Part shown: in pieces, positions 15,856-24,000 of the stretch | Layout of the letters: each line of letters opens with the position of its first letter | Numbering within the stretch: position 1 is the stretch's first letter | Source: an uncultured Fidelibacterota bacterium | Lineage (GTDB): Bacteria > Fidelibacterota > Marinisomatia > Marinisomatales > TCS55 | Reading direction: 5' to 3' | NCBI GenBank assembly: GCA_913062595.1 | Contig: CAJXWT010000007.1 | Coordinates: 1 to 24,000 of the forward strand | DNA length: 24,000 nucleotides | The notes under the pieces: generated by a model | What the model was told of the DNA's origin: nothing | Database searches by the model: none | The model's input: the letters and a program-made list of their open reading frames with translations, nothing else | Made by a program: the position numbers and the translations under genes

Positions 15856-17190
15856 ATGTCTGATAAAATTGATACGAATAAAAATCAACTACTGATTTTT
15901 TCGACGGTAGCTGCTCTAGGTGGTTTGTTATTTGGGTTTGATACTGGGGTCATATCTGGAGCGATACCCTTTATCAAGTTAGAATTCTATTTAAATTCAT
16001 ACCAGGAGGGGTTTGCTGTTAGTAACCTGATGATCGCCTGCGTAATTGGCGCATTAATTGCCGGGCCAATTGCAGATTGGACTGGTAGGAAAAAGGTCCT
16101 TATTCTGTGTGCGGTTCTTTTTATCGTTTCAGCCATCCTTTCCGCCCTACCCCGATCTTTTACTGAATTGGTAATCGCCAGGTTCATTGGAGGTATAGGT
16201 GTTGGCGTTGCGTCGGTGGTATCTCCTATGTATATCGCTGAAATATCACCTGCTAAAATTCGCGGGCGACTAGTGGCATTGAACCAACTGGCCATTGTTG
16301 TCGGTATATTACTATCCTATCTCTCAAACTGGTTACTGGTAGACACTGGTATTAATAATTGGCGTTATATGCTGGTAGCTGAAATATTGCCAGCAACTAC
16401 TTTTCTTATGGGACTTTTCTTTATCCTGGAATCACCACGGTGGCTTACAAAAGAAGGTCTGGAAAAGGATGCGCTTGATGTTCTCAAAGTTGTGGCTGGG
16501 GCAGTAAATGCTGACCATGAATTGCAAAAAATAAAAAAATCTTTGGCAGAAAAAAAGACGTCTTTAAAAGAATTACTGCATCCATCATTACGGCGCGTAC
16601 TGATAGTGGGTATTCTTTTTTCGCTATTTGCCCATATTACCGGGATCGACACAATTATTTACTACGGTCCAATCATTTTTCTAGAATCCGGTTTCAAAAC
16701 AGATTCTGCACTGCTGGCCTCTGTAATAATCGGCATAACAAATCTGATCTTTACCTTTGTTGGCATGGCTATGATTGATAAGGCTGGTAGAAAGTTTCTT
16801 TTATTGGTGGGTATTGCTGGCATGGGTATCTCCATGACACTCGTGGGTTTCTGTATGCAAAGCGATATGATCAGCGCAAAATGGACGTTGCTATGGATTA
16901 TGACCTACATTGCTTCCTTCGCCATGAGTATAGGCGTAGTCATTTGGGTATATTTATCCGAGATCTATCCTACCAGGGTGCGAGGACAGGCCTTATCTGT
17001 TGCGACTATGGTATTGTGGTTAGGTAACGTGATACTGATGCAGCTTTTTCCAGTCATGATGGAAAGATTTGGTGGGGGTACATTCTATATATTTTCCTTT
17101 ATTTGTCTCCTTGCCTTTATTTTCACATGGACTATGGTAAAAGAAACCAGGGGCGTCAGCTTAGAAGAAATAGAGAAAATGTGGGTATAA
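15856..17190 (+). CDS. MFS sugar porter family transporter (sugar:H+ symporter)
   Basis: LFGFDTGVISGA, DWTGRKKVLIL, ESPRWL, PTRVRG and KETRGVSLEEIE are the sugar-porter signatures. 12 predicted TM helices. Confidence 0.93.
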   Translation: MSDKIDTNKNQLLIFSTVAALGGLLFGFDTGVISGAIPFIKLEFYLNSYQEGFAVSNLMIACVIGALIAGPIADWTGRKKVLILCAVLFIVSAILSALPRSFTELVIARFIGGIGVGVASVVSPMYIAEISPAKIRGRLVALNQLAIVVGILLSYLSNWLLVDTGINNWRYMLVAEILPATTFLMGLFFILESPRWLTKEGLEKDALDVLKVVAGAVNADHELQKIKKSLAEKKTSLKELLHPSLRRVLIVGILFSLFAHITGIDTIIYYGPIIFLESGFKTDSALLASVIIGITNLIFTFVGMAMIDKAGRKFLLLVGIAGMGISMTLVGFCMQSDMISAKWTLLWIMTYIASFAMSIGVVIWVYLSEIYPTRVRGQALSVATMVLWLGNVILMQLFPVMMERFGGGTFYIFSFICLLAFIFTWTMVKETRGVSLEEIEKMWV

Positions 17191-17237
17191 TCCTAAGAAT
17201 TATACCCGTTTATATAACGCCAATATAGAAGCGAAGC

Positions 17238-18194
17238 ATGATAATATATGGTGGCATAGATATTGGAGGCACATCTATAAAGATAGGGTTTGTTGATAAA
17301 GCTGGGACTATACTGTGCAAAGACCTAATGCCAGTAGGTAAAATTACTGCCTACAATGACTTCATCGAACAATTGGGTAACAAAACAAATAACTTGTTGG
17401 AAACACTTGACAATAAGGATGCTATCATTGGTTTTGGGGTGGGCTGTCCTGGAAGAATTGATGTAGCAACGGGGAAAGTGATTTGGTTGAGAGGAAAACT
17501 GGAATACATGGAAAACCGGTATATAGGACCAGATCTTGCCTCCGTATTTGGGAAACCAGTAATCTGCGACAATGATGTTAACGCAATGGTCTTGGGTGAG
17601 ACCTATTTTGGTAAAGCAAAAGGTAGCCGTAATGTAATTGGTTTAACCTTTGGTACCGGCATAGGTGGTGCTATTATAATTAATGGTCAAGTGCTGCGGG
17701 GGAAACATTTTTCCGCTGGGCATTTTGGTTTTATGAGCCACGATCCTAATGGCGAAAGCCATGTATGTGGTAATGCGGGGGCGGCAGAAGTGCATGCTTC
17801 ACACTCCGGTATAGTGGATAAGGTAAATAATGCATTGCTCGCTGGTATTGAAACAAGCGTGGTAAAAAATTATGATCCCTATGATTTTGGTTTTAAGAAT
17901 ATATATATAGCTGCGCATAAAGGCGATGATTTCGCTAAAAGTGTAGTCACCAGGCTGGAAGAAGAAATAACTGTATTGATCACCAACCTGATCTTTGCAT
18001 TTGATCCGGATACTGTACTTATCGGCGGAGGTTTGTTAAAAGCAGATAATGAAATTGTAGCTCGCATTACGAACAGTATAAAAAAACGAATAAATTTGAT
18101 TCCGGAAAAGGAAATAAAATTGGATAAAATGTCCTCTTACGAAGAAGCGGGGATTCTGGGTGGTGCAGCATTGGTTATCACAGAATTGAACTAA
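17238..18194 (+). CDS. ROK-family sugar kinase (glucokinase-like) with a degenerate zinc motif
   Basis: GIDIGGTSIKIG (ATP-binding DxGxT), CDNDVNAMVLGE, GLTFGTGIGGAII. The ROK signature region reads GHFGFMSHDPNGESHVCGNAGAAEVHAS. Confidence 0.9.
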   Translation: MIIYGGIDIGGTSIKIGFVDKAGTILCKDLMPVGKITAYNDFIEQLGNKTNNLLETLDNKDAIIGFGVGCPGRIDVATGKVIWLRGKLEYMENRYIGPDLASVFGKPVICDNDVNAMVLGETYFGKAKGSRNVIGLTFGTGIGGAIIINGQVLRGKHFSAGHFGFMSHDPNGESHVCGNAGAAEVHASHSGIVDKVNNALLAGIETSVVKNYDPYDFGFKNIYIAAHKGDDFAKSVVTRLEEEITVLITNLIFAFDPDTVLIGGGLLKADNEIVARITNSIKKRINLIPEKEIKLDKMSSYEEAGILGGAALVITELN

Positions 18195-18239
18195 TAAAAT
18201 AATTTAAATAGATAAAAATAATTTGAAAGGATTAATGGT

Positions 18240-19010
18240 ATGAATGCTGGTATAGAATATTTTAATAAAACACTAGAACTAATCAAGCAGCTGAAAAAAA
18301 ACGAAATAGACAATATCGTTCAAGCAGCTGAGGTTTGCGCGGATAGTATCAGTAGGAAAGGACTGGTATTTTTATTTGGTGCTGGTCATTCTCGTATCAT
18401 GTGTGAGGAGATGATACCAAGACAGGGTTGTTTCCCAGGGTTTTTTGCACTTGTGGAAGATGCGGTCTCCAATCACGCTGCCATAATTGGTACCAATGGA
18501 CTCAGAGGGTCAATGTATTTGGAAAAATATGATGGTTATGCTGAAGAAATATTAAAGAGTTTCAAGTTCGGACCACATGATGTCATGATCGTTATTTCTG
18601 TTAGCGGTATCAGGCCATTAATAGTAGAAATGGCATTGGGGGCTAAAGAACGGGGGTTGCCGGTCATTGCCATGGTTGCGCGGCAACACTGTGAATCATC
18701 TAAGCCAGGGCATCACAGTGGGAAGAAACTGACCGATGTAGCAGATATTATTATCGACAGTCAATGCCCCCCGGGCGATTGCATCATAGAACTAGAAGGA
18801 TTGGATTGGAAAACAGGTCCGGTGTCTACTGTAATTGGTTCTTTAATCATAAATATGATCCGTTGTGAGGTTGCGGAAAGATTAATAGCGAAAGGTGTTA
18901 ACTTGGAATTACTACCTAGCCACCAAGCAGTTGGTGACCCCGAAGTAGACAATCAACTAGACCGGTTTTATGAGTCATATCGTAAAAGTTTGGCTCATTT
19001 ATATCAGTGA
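18240..19010 (+). CDS. SIS (sugar isomerase) domain protein, UPF0309-like
   Basis: GLVFLFGAGHSRIM and VMIVISVSGIRP are the SIS phosphosugar-binding loops. 256 aa. Confidence 0.8.
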   Translation: MNAGIEYFNKTLELIKQLKKNEIDNIVQAAEVCADSISRKGLVFLFGAGHSRIMCEEMIPRQGCFPGFFALVEDAVSNHAAIIGTNGLRGSMYLEKYDGYAEEILKSFKFGPHDVMIVISVSGIRPLIVEMALGAKERGLPVIAMVARQHCESSKPGHHSGKKLTDVADIIIDSQCPPGDCIIELEGLDWKTGPVSTVIGSLIINMIRCEVAERLIAKGVNLELLPSHQAVGDPEVDNQLDRFYESYRKSLAHLYQ

Positions 19011-19015
19011 AGGAA

Positions 19016-19855
19016 TTAATCTTTTTGTCGATCGCGGTACAGCTTGCGGCTGGTAGCATACAGAGTTTCTTTCTCTTCCTTGCTTAATCCATCATAACCA
19101 ACCGCATTGATTTTATCGAGGATTTGATCTACTTCCTGCTGTAGCTTGGCGCGGCGGGTTTCTTTTTGATGCTGGACAGTTAGGCCGAATTCGCTGACAT
19201 ACTTCCGAATAGAGAATCGTATATCCTTCCAGCGCCAAAAGTAACGTAGATAGACAAAGCCTATGACCACAGCTGATAAATGAGTGATGTGACTGATATC
19301 AGATGTGGTATTCATGGACAGAATAAATTCCGTTGCCACCAAAAACATAACCAGATACTTCACCTTAATTGGAAAAAGGAAATACAGATATACAGTACGA
19401 TTCGGGAACATCATACCAAATGCAAGTAATATGCCATACACTGCTCCACTGGCCCCGGCAAGGGTATGATTGGCGTTACTTAGATTTAACACTAGCCATA
19501 CCAATCCAGCACCTACACCGGTTGTAAAATAATAACGTAAAAAGGCTTTACGGCCCCATATTGATTCCAATTCCGAACCAAACATCCACAAAACAAACAT
19601 GTTAAAAAATACGTGCAGAAAATCCTTATGGATGAATAGATAAGTGAATGGTTGCCAAATTCTTGGCCATACCGCACTGGATGAGAGACCAAATAGGTCT
19701 ACTACTGGATTGAAAAATGGTGTTGCGGGATTTTGAGAAATTATTTTAAGCAAGAAAATAATAATATTTGCCCCGATCAGTATTTTAATCGCCTCTGTGA
19801 ATATTCTTGGGCGAAAGGAAAAATCTCCCTGTTCAGATTGAAATTGGTACCGCAT
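19016..19855 (-). CDS. Rhomboid-family intramembrane serine protease with a charged C-terminal tail
   Basis: HVFFNMFVLW (HxxxN), GASGAVYG (catalytic Ser, GxSxxxxG), and HLSAVVIGFVY (catalytic His helix). 6 TM helices plus an approximately 70-aa Lys/Glu-rich tail. Confidence 0.9.
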   Translation of the reverse strand: MRYQFQSEQGDFSFRPRIFTEAIKILIGANIIIFLLKIISQNPATPFFNPVVDLFGLSSSAVWPRIWQPFTYLFIHKDFLHVFFNMFVLWMFGSELESIWGRKAFLRYYFTTGVGAGLVWLVLNLSNANHTLAGASGAVYGILLAFGMMFPNRTVYLYFLFPIKVKYLVMFLVATEFILSMNTTSDISHITHLSAVVIGFVYLRYFWRWKDIRFSIRKYVSEFGLTVQHQKETRRAKLQQEVDQILDKINAVGYDGLSKEEKETLYATSRKLYRDRQKD

Positions 19856-19857
19856 AG

Positions 19858-20724
19858 TTAATTATAAGCAGGTAATTTTTTGTTTAGAAACAAATTCTTT
19901 GGATTTGTAATGGGGCTCATTTTACTGTATGGTGCTTCTGGCACTTTCAACTGCGGCATGGAATACATGGAAACAGATAGATTTTCCTTGTTCTGATATT
20001 TAAGTATTTCATAAGCAGCACTGACAAAAACATCCCGCGGCAGGAATCCATTTATTTTAGAAAATCCATATTTTCGTAATCCAAACTTGATGAGCGTAGA
20101 ACAACTATTAGTGAATAAATTGAAATCTGCCCATTTTTCCGGCTTTTTTGGGTTCACAGGTGTATTATGAATCATTTCAAGAAATCTATCAAAAATGGAG
20201 CGCATCTGAGAACCATTAATCCCTTCTACACGTAACACATGAATCGTGCGCATGAAATTCCGACCGAACTTATCGTAGTAAGCAGTACCATCATCTAAAA
20301 TTTCGAATAACCCCGTACTAGGGGATGGTCCAAACTCCCCAAGTGCGGGACGATAAAAGTACTCTTCAATCGATATTACTTCATTCTCATTGATTAGATG
20401 AGAATAATTATAAATTCTGCCGTTTACACATATTGCGCTATGACCAAATAAAGAAGGCCAATATTTCACTAATCGTTCATTATAATAAAGTTCCATAAAA
20501 TCAACATTAGCCAGTAATATATCCGGCCAGATAATTACAATAGGCTCTCCATTTTCATAATCTTTCTGTGGGAGCAGACGAGCACAAACATTTTGCCCGG
20601 CCCAATGTTTGATATAACCATCCCAAATACGATTCTCTTCAAGAACACGACTACCGTCACTTCTCAGAAGAAAACTATTGGTTTCATCAGCAGTTAATAT
20701 GCCTGTATATACCGTATTACTCAT
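19858..20724 (-). CDS. Conserved-looking cytoplasmic protein of unknown function; possibly a permuted papain-like (His-then-Cys) hydrolase/acyltransferase
   Basis: No signal peptide or TM helix. LFGHSAICVNGRIYNYS (H95) and ADFNLFTNSCSTLIKFGL (C208) resemble the His...Cys order of YiiX/LRAT-type permuted NlpC/P60 enzymes. ATGA overlap with the recO stop. The fold call has low confidence. Confidence 0.65.
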   Translation of the reverse strand: MSNTVYTGILTADETNSFLLRSDGSRVLEENRIWDGYIKHWAGQNVCARLLPQKDYENGEPIVIIWPDILLANVDFMELYYNERLVKYWPSLFGHSAICVNGRIYNYSHLINENEVISIEEYFYRPALGEFGPSPSTGLFEILDDGTAYYDKFGRNFMRTIHVLRVEGINGSQMRSIFDRFLEMIHNTPVNPKKPEKWADFNLFTNSCSTLIKFGLRKYGFSKINGFLPRDVFVSAAYEILKYQNKENLSVSMYSMPQLKVPEAPYSKMSPITNPKNLFLNKKLPAYN

Positions 20725-21428
20725 GCAGTTACCAGGGCCTTTAATACTCTAAGTGATTTCAGTTCTTTTAAACCATCAAAGTGGTAATACAAACAAGTAT
20801 TGATATACTGACTGATTACTTTACGATCCTTAGAAGAAACAGATAATTCGTTTAATTTGGACTGGAAACCAGTATCTGATAGGTTGCCAGATATTAAAAA
20901 TGATAATATTTGCGCACTATTTGGACCCTTAGTGAGATCAGGTAACACTAAACCAGCAAACTCCCTCTTATCCAGATCCGGTTTAAAACCAAGTAATGTT
21001 AATAATTTTATTTGATAATACCAGTATACCAGATTTAAATGATCCGCTCTCCTATCAATTGTATTCAGTATATTTAGTAACTCGATGAATAATTCGCTGT
21101 GCGGATCATAATCTGTTATTGTCTTTTCTGTTAACTCTATAACGGCCATGCCATAAGCAATACGCTTTAAATCTCCATGAATATTTTTATAGGTGGTTGC
21201 GAAATTGGCCTTGCTTACCGTTTGCATATCACGGCGTTCATTATAATAAAACACCAGATCAAGATGGCTCATTGGTTCATAGAAAGCAGTCTGGGGTGAT
21301 TTTTTACGCTTCGCGCCGCGCACCATAAAACTTATTTTTCCCATTTCCTGCGTGAAACAGCGCGCAATTATACTTGTATCACTATAAGAAAAGCGTCTTA
21401 AAACCACCGCCGGCGAGTGAACAATCAT
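20721..21428 (-). CDS. recO: DNA repair/recombination mediator RecO
   Basis: N-terminal OB-fold signature AVVLRRFSYSDTSIIARCFTQEMGKISFMVRGAKRKKS. 235 aa. Confidence 0.88.
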   Translation of the reverse strand: MIVHSPAVVLRRFSYSDTSIIARCFTQEMGKISFMVRGAKRKKSPQTAFYEPMSHLDLVFYYNERRDMQTVSKANFATTYKNIHGDLKRIAYGMAVIELTEKTITDYDPHSELFIELLNILNTIDRRADHLNLVYWYYQIKLLTLLGFKPDLDKREFAGLVLPDLTKGPNSAQILSFLISGNLSDTGFQSKLNELSVSSKDRKVISQYINTCLYYHFDGLKELKSLRVLKALVTA

Positions 21429-21437
21429 ATATTAGGT

Positions 21438-22910
21438 TTAATACGCTTTTGAAAAAACAACTTCGTGCTGCGCTTCTTTACCAGAATAAATACAAGTTAG
21501 ACCAGAGGGATCACTATCAAAAGGAATGCAGCGGATGGTGGCTTTGGTTTCATTCTTTATAGCATCTTCTGTTTCAGGGGTACCGTCCCAACCACAACGA
21601 ATGTAGCCACCATTATTTGAAATTATTTTTTTGAAATCACCATAATTATCTACGCTATTTGTATTGGCATGTTGGAAATCTTTTGCTTGCTGTAGCAGTG
21701 ATGATTGTATTTCGGCTAACATTTTTGGTATAATATTTCTCAATTCCTTTACTTGAACGGCCTGCTTTTCACCATTGTCGCGACGCACGAGAATCACCTC
21801 TTCATCTGACATATCTCGCATACCAACTTCTAAGCGGATCGGGACACCTTTCATCTCCCATTCATTAAACTTAAACCCTGGTGAATTATTACTCCAATCC
21901 ACTTCTATACGAACGCCTTGGTCTATTAAGTCGCCTAAAAAAATGTCCACATATTCCTTTATTTTCACCTGGTCTTCCTCACTCCTTACAATTGGTATCA
22001 CCACTATCTGTACTGGTGCAATTTTTGGCGGTATCCGTAAACCTTTATCATCCCCATGTGCCATCACAACAGCACCGACCAATCTGGTGCTCACGCCCCA
22101 ACTGGTAGCATATACATACTTTTTCTGATTATTCCGATCTTGAAAGGTCACATCAAAAGCCTTCGCAAAATTCTGTCCCAAATTATGCGAAGTGCCGGCC
22201 TGGAGCGCGCGTTTATCTCCCATCATCGCCTCAATGGAATAGGTTTTATCAGCACCAGCAAATTTTTCCGATTCGGTCTTTAATCCGGTTAACACTGGCA
22301 TTGCAAGATAGTCTTCCGCTAACTGTCTATATATTTCTAAAATCTTCAGGGTCTCTTGCTCTGCTTCATCGGCAGTTTCATGGGCTGTATGCCCTTCTTG
22401 CCATAAGAACTCTGTCGTCCGTAAAAACAATCTTGTACGCATTTCCCAGCGAACAACATTTGCCCATTGATTAATCAATAGCGGAAGGTCACGATAAGAC
22501 TGAATCCATTTTTTATACATCGACCAGATTACTGTTTCCGACGTGGGCCGAACAATTACTTCTTCCTCAAGCTTGGAATCTGGATCAACTTCCAGATCTT
22601 TTCCATCAGCTGTGGCACGCAGTCGATGGTGGGTCACCACCGCACATTCTTTAGCGAAACCTTTAACGTGCTCCGCTTCACTTGCAAAGAATGATTTTGG
22701 TATAAAGAGTGGGAAATAGGCATTCACATGACCTGTGGCTTTCAGCATGGCATCCAGCGCTCCTTTGATATTCTCCCACAATGCATACCCATAGGGTTTG
22801 ATGACCATTGTACCTTTCACAGGGCCATAATCAGCCAAACCTGCTTTAATAATTACATCAGTATACCAGGCAGCATAATCTTTACTTTGGGGTGTAACGC
22901 CTTTGGACAT
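21438..22910 (-). CDS. proS: Prolyl-tRNA synthetase, archaeal/eukaryote-like type (no INS editing domain)
   Basis: DYAAWYTDVIIKAGLADYGPVKGTMVIKPYGYALWENI, class II motifs (FLRTTEFLWQEGHTAH), and a C-terminal ...FSKAY ending in the conserved Tyr. I prefer the ATG at 22910 (MSKGVTPQSKDY...) over the track start at 22976. Confidence 0.95.
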   Translation of the reverse strand: MSKGVTPQSKDYAAWYTDVIIKAGLADYGPVKGTMVIKPYGYALWENIKGALDAMLKATGHVNAYFPLFIPKSFFASEAEHVKGFAKECAVVTHHRLRATADGKDLEVDPDSKLEEEVIVRPTSETVIWSMYKKWIQSYRDLPLLINQWANVVRWEMRTRLFLRTTEFLWQEGHTAHETADEAEQETLKILEIYRQLAEDYLAMPVLTGLKTESEKFAGADKTYSIEAMMGDKRALQAGTSHNLGQNFAKAFDVTFQDRNNQKKYVYATSWGVSTRLVGAVVMAHGDDKGLRIPPKIAPVQIVVIPIVRSEEDQVKIKEYVDIFLGDLIDQGVRIEVDWSNNSPGFKFNEWEMKGVPIRLEVGMRDMSDEEVILVRRDNGEKQAVQVKELRNIIPKMLAEIQSSLLQQAKDFQHANTNSVDNYGDFKKIISNNGGYIRCGWDGTPETEDAIKNETKATIRCIPFDSDPSGLTCIYSGKEAQHEVVFSKAY

Positions 22911-23021
22911 ATTATAATTATAATGATTAATTACGAGGAAATTAGCGGGCTTCCTTAGGTCATTCAATAGAAACATTATTAATCACCCATTTTCTCAATC
23001 TAATAATCATACTATTTTCCT
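22911..23021. promoter_or_regulatory. Divergent promoter region (proS operon / amidohydrolase)
   Basis: 111-nt AT-rich gap between divergent starts. CATTATAATTATAAT lies immediately upstream of the proS ATG on the minus strand. Nothing validated. Confidence 0.4.
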
Positions 23022-24000
23022 ATGGTAAATCAAATGAAGAACGTAGCTCTTGTAAAACAGTTATATATTGTATTTTCAGTTATTTTCATGACCAGTTGTG
23101 ATCAACCCAAGGTAACCGTATTTAGTAATTGCGTCATACCTTCTTTCCCAGCAGCAAATTCAATTGCCTGCGCTGATGGGAAAATCACTTCTATTGGTGA
23201 GGATTTGACCGGTGATATAATGATCAACCTGGAAAAGGGTGTCGTGTATCCTGGCTTTATGGATGCTCATTTGCACTTGGTTTGGTATGGTAAAGCAATG
23301 GAGATACTTGACTTGGTGGGAACCAAAAGTGCGGCAGAGATCACCAGCATAGTTGCCCAAGTTTATGATGGCTCTGAGCGATGGATAATAGGCCGTGGTT
23401 GGGATCAAAATGACTGGGAAATAATACAATATCCCAATAAAGAAAGTCTCGATAAGGTGGCAGTCGATCAACCAGTCTATTTGCATAGAATAGATGGACA
23501 CGCTATCTGGGTGAATTCAAATGTTTTATCCATATGCGGTATAGACCGTAATACAGCGGATCCTATAGGCGGTAAAATTCTCCGTGACAGCAGTGGCAAT
23601 CCAACCGGAGTATTTATTGATAATGCCATGGATTTGATTAAAAAGTTTGTTCCTGATAATAGTAAAAATGATAAACGACGACAAATAATAAACGCTGTTA
23701 GAAAATTGAATCAATTTGGATTGACCGCAATTCATGATGCTGGAACAGATATAGAAACAGTTCACATACTGAAAGAATTAATTGCACAAGAACAATTGAC
23801 TATCCGCGTCAACGCCATGTTGAATAACAACTCTGAGGATTATCAGGAATTTTTAACCAAAGGTCCAGATATCACTGACAAATTTTTATCTGTCCGTACT
23901 GTAAAAATATATTTTGATGGAGCGATGGGTTCCCGCGGCGCGGCGTTACTAGAACCATATGCAGATGATCCAAAAAACATCGGACTTAATTTAACAGATG
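23022..24000 (+). CDS. Amidohydrolase-3 (YtcJ-like) metal-dependent hydrolase, lipoprotein, truncated at the 3' window edge
   Basis: Absent from the track because it is truncated. My manual translation is open from ATG 23022 (alternative start 23034) to 24000: ...VFSVIFMTSC (lipobox), GFMDAHLHLVWYG, WIIGRGWDQNDW, HRIDGHAIWVNS, KIYFDGAMGSRGAALLEPYADDP. Confidence 0.85.
   Translation, partial: MVNQMKNVALVKQLYIVFSVIFMTSCDQPKVTVFSNCVIPSFPAANSIACADGKITSIGEDLTGDIMINLEKGVVYPGFMDAHLHLVWYGKAMEILDLVGTKSAAEITSIVAQVYDGSERWIIGRGWDQNDWEIIQYPNKESLDKVAVDQPVYLHRIDGHAIWVNSNVLSICGIDRNTADPIGGKILRDSSGNPTGVFIDNAMDLIKKFVPDNSKNDKRRQIINAVRKLNQFGLTAIHDAGTDIETVHILKELIAQEQLTIRVNAMLNNNSEDYQEFLTKGPDITDKFLSVRTVKIYFDGAMGSRGAALLEPYADDPKNIGLNLTD

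Noticed and set aside
15987-16652. Minus-strand ORFs 15987..16295 and 16365..16652
   Set aside because: They are antisense to the MFS sugar porter, whose signatures are unambiguous.
21775-22958. Four plus-strand ORFs (21775..22128, 21881..22108, 22056..22283, 22728..22958)
   Set aside because: All lie antisense within proS. None has a motif or a start context.
23160-23765. Minus-strand ORFs 23160..23501 and 23526..23765
   Set aside because: They are antisense to a long open plus-strand frame (23022 to the window end) that encodes a clear YtcJ-type amidohydrolase. The track omits that gene only because it is truncated.
1-24000. Search for tRNA/rRNA genes, CRISPR repeats, IS elements, integrases and prophage or defence-island hallmarks
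   Set aside because: None were found by eye. The intergenic regions are short (60-194 nt), none shows cloverleaf-like or repeat-spacer structure, and every long ORF has a housekeeping, envelope or metabolic reading. A computational scan (tRNAscan, Rfam, a repeat finder) would be needed to be certain.

Overview
Gene-dense bacterial chromosomal segment with about 27 CDS on both strands. It looks AT-rich by eye; I did not compute composition. Reading both strands, I found no rRNA or tRNA, no CRISPR array, no transposase or integrase, and no long repeats.

Layout:
1. 1-1962 (-): a truncated secreted AMIN-like protein and a Trp/Tyr-rich lipoprotein.
2. 2066-2700 (-): a hairpin-bracketed pair of paralogous 2-TM miniproteins. 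They carry perfect AGGAGG Shine-Dalgarno sites and sit behind a leader that contains a terminator.
3. 2759-8470: a surface-polysaccharide cluster with GT2, a GT-B enzyme, GT4, a Wzx-type flippase and a FemAB/GNAT-like transferase.
4. 8588-10209 (+): eno-ftsB.
5. 10211-12343 (-): motA-motB plus a co-transcribed secreted protein.
6. 12508-19010 (+): a seven-gene sugar operon (SDR, eda, MetE-like Zn barrel, MBL hydrolase, MFS sugar porter, ROK kinase, SIS protein).
7. 19016-22910 (-): proS, recO, an unknown His/Cys protein and a rhomboid protease.
8. 23022-24000 (+): a truncated YtcJ-type amidohydrolase lipoprotein.

The archaeal-type ProRS, sparse SD usage and near-zero spacing between convergent genes suggest a streamlined, possibly uncultivated lineage. 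I cannot assign taxonomy.

I see no recognisable defence island or mobile element, and most of the window is housekeeping. Three things are the best candidates for something undescribed: the atypical sugar operon (especially the Zn-thiol MetE-like barrel and the UlaG-like MBL inside it), the miniprotein pair with its attenuator-like leader, and the stator plus secreted-protein module.

All functional calls come from motif-level reading of the translations. No database searches were run.
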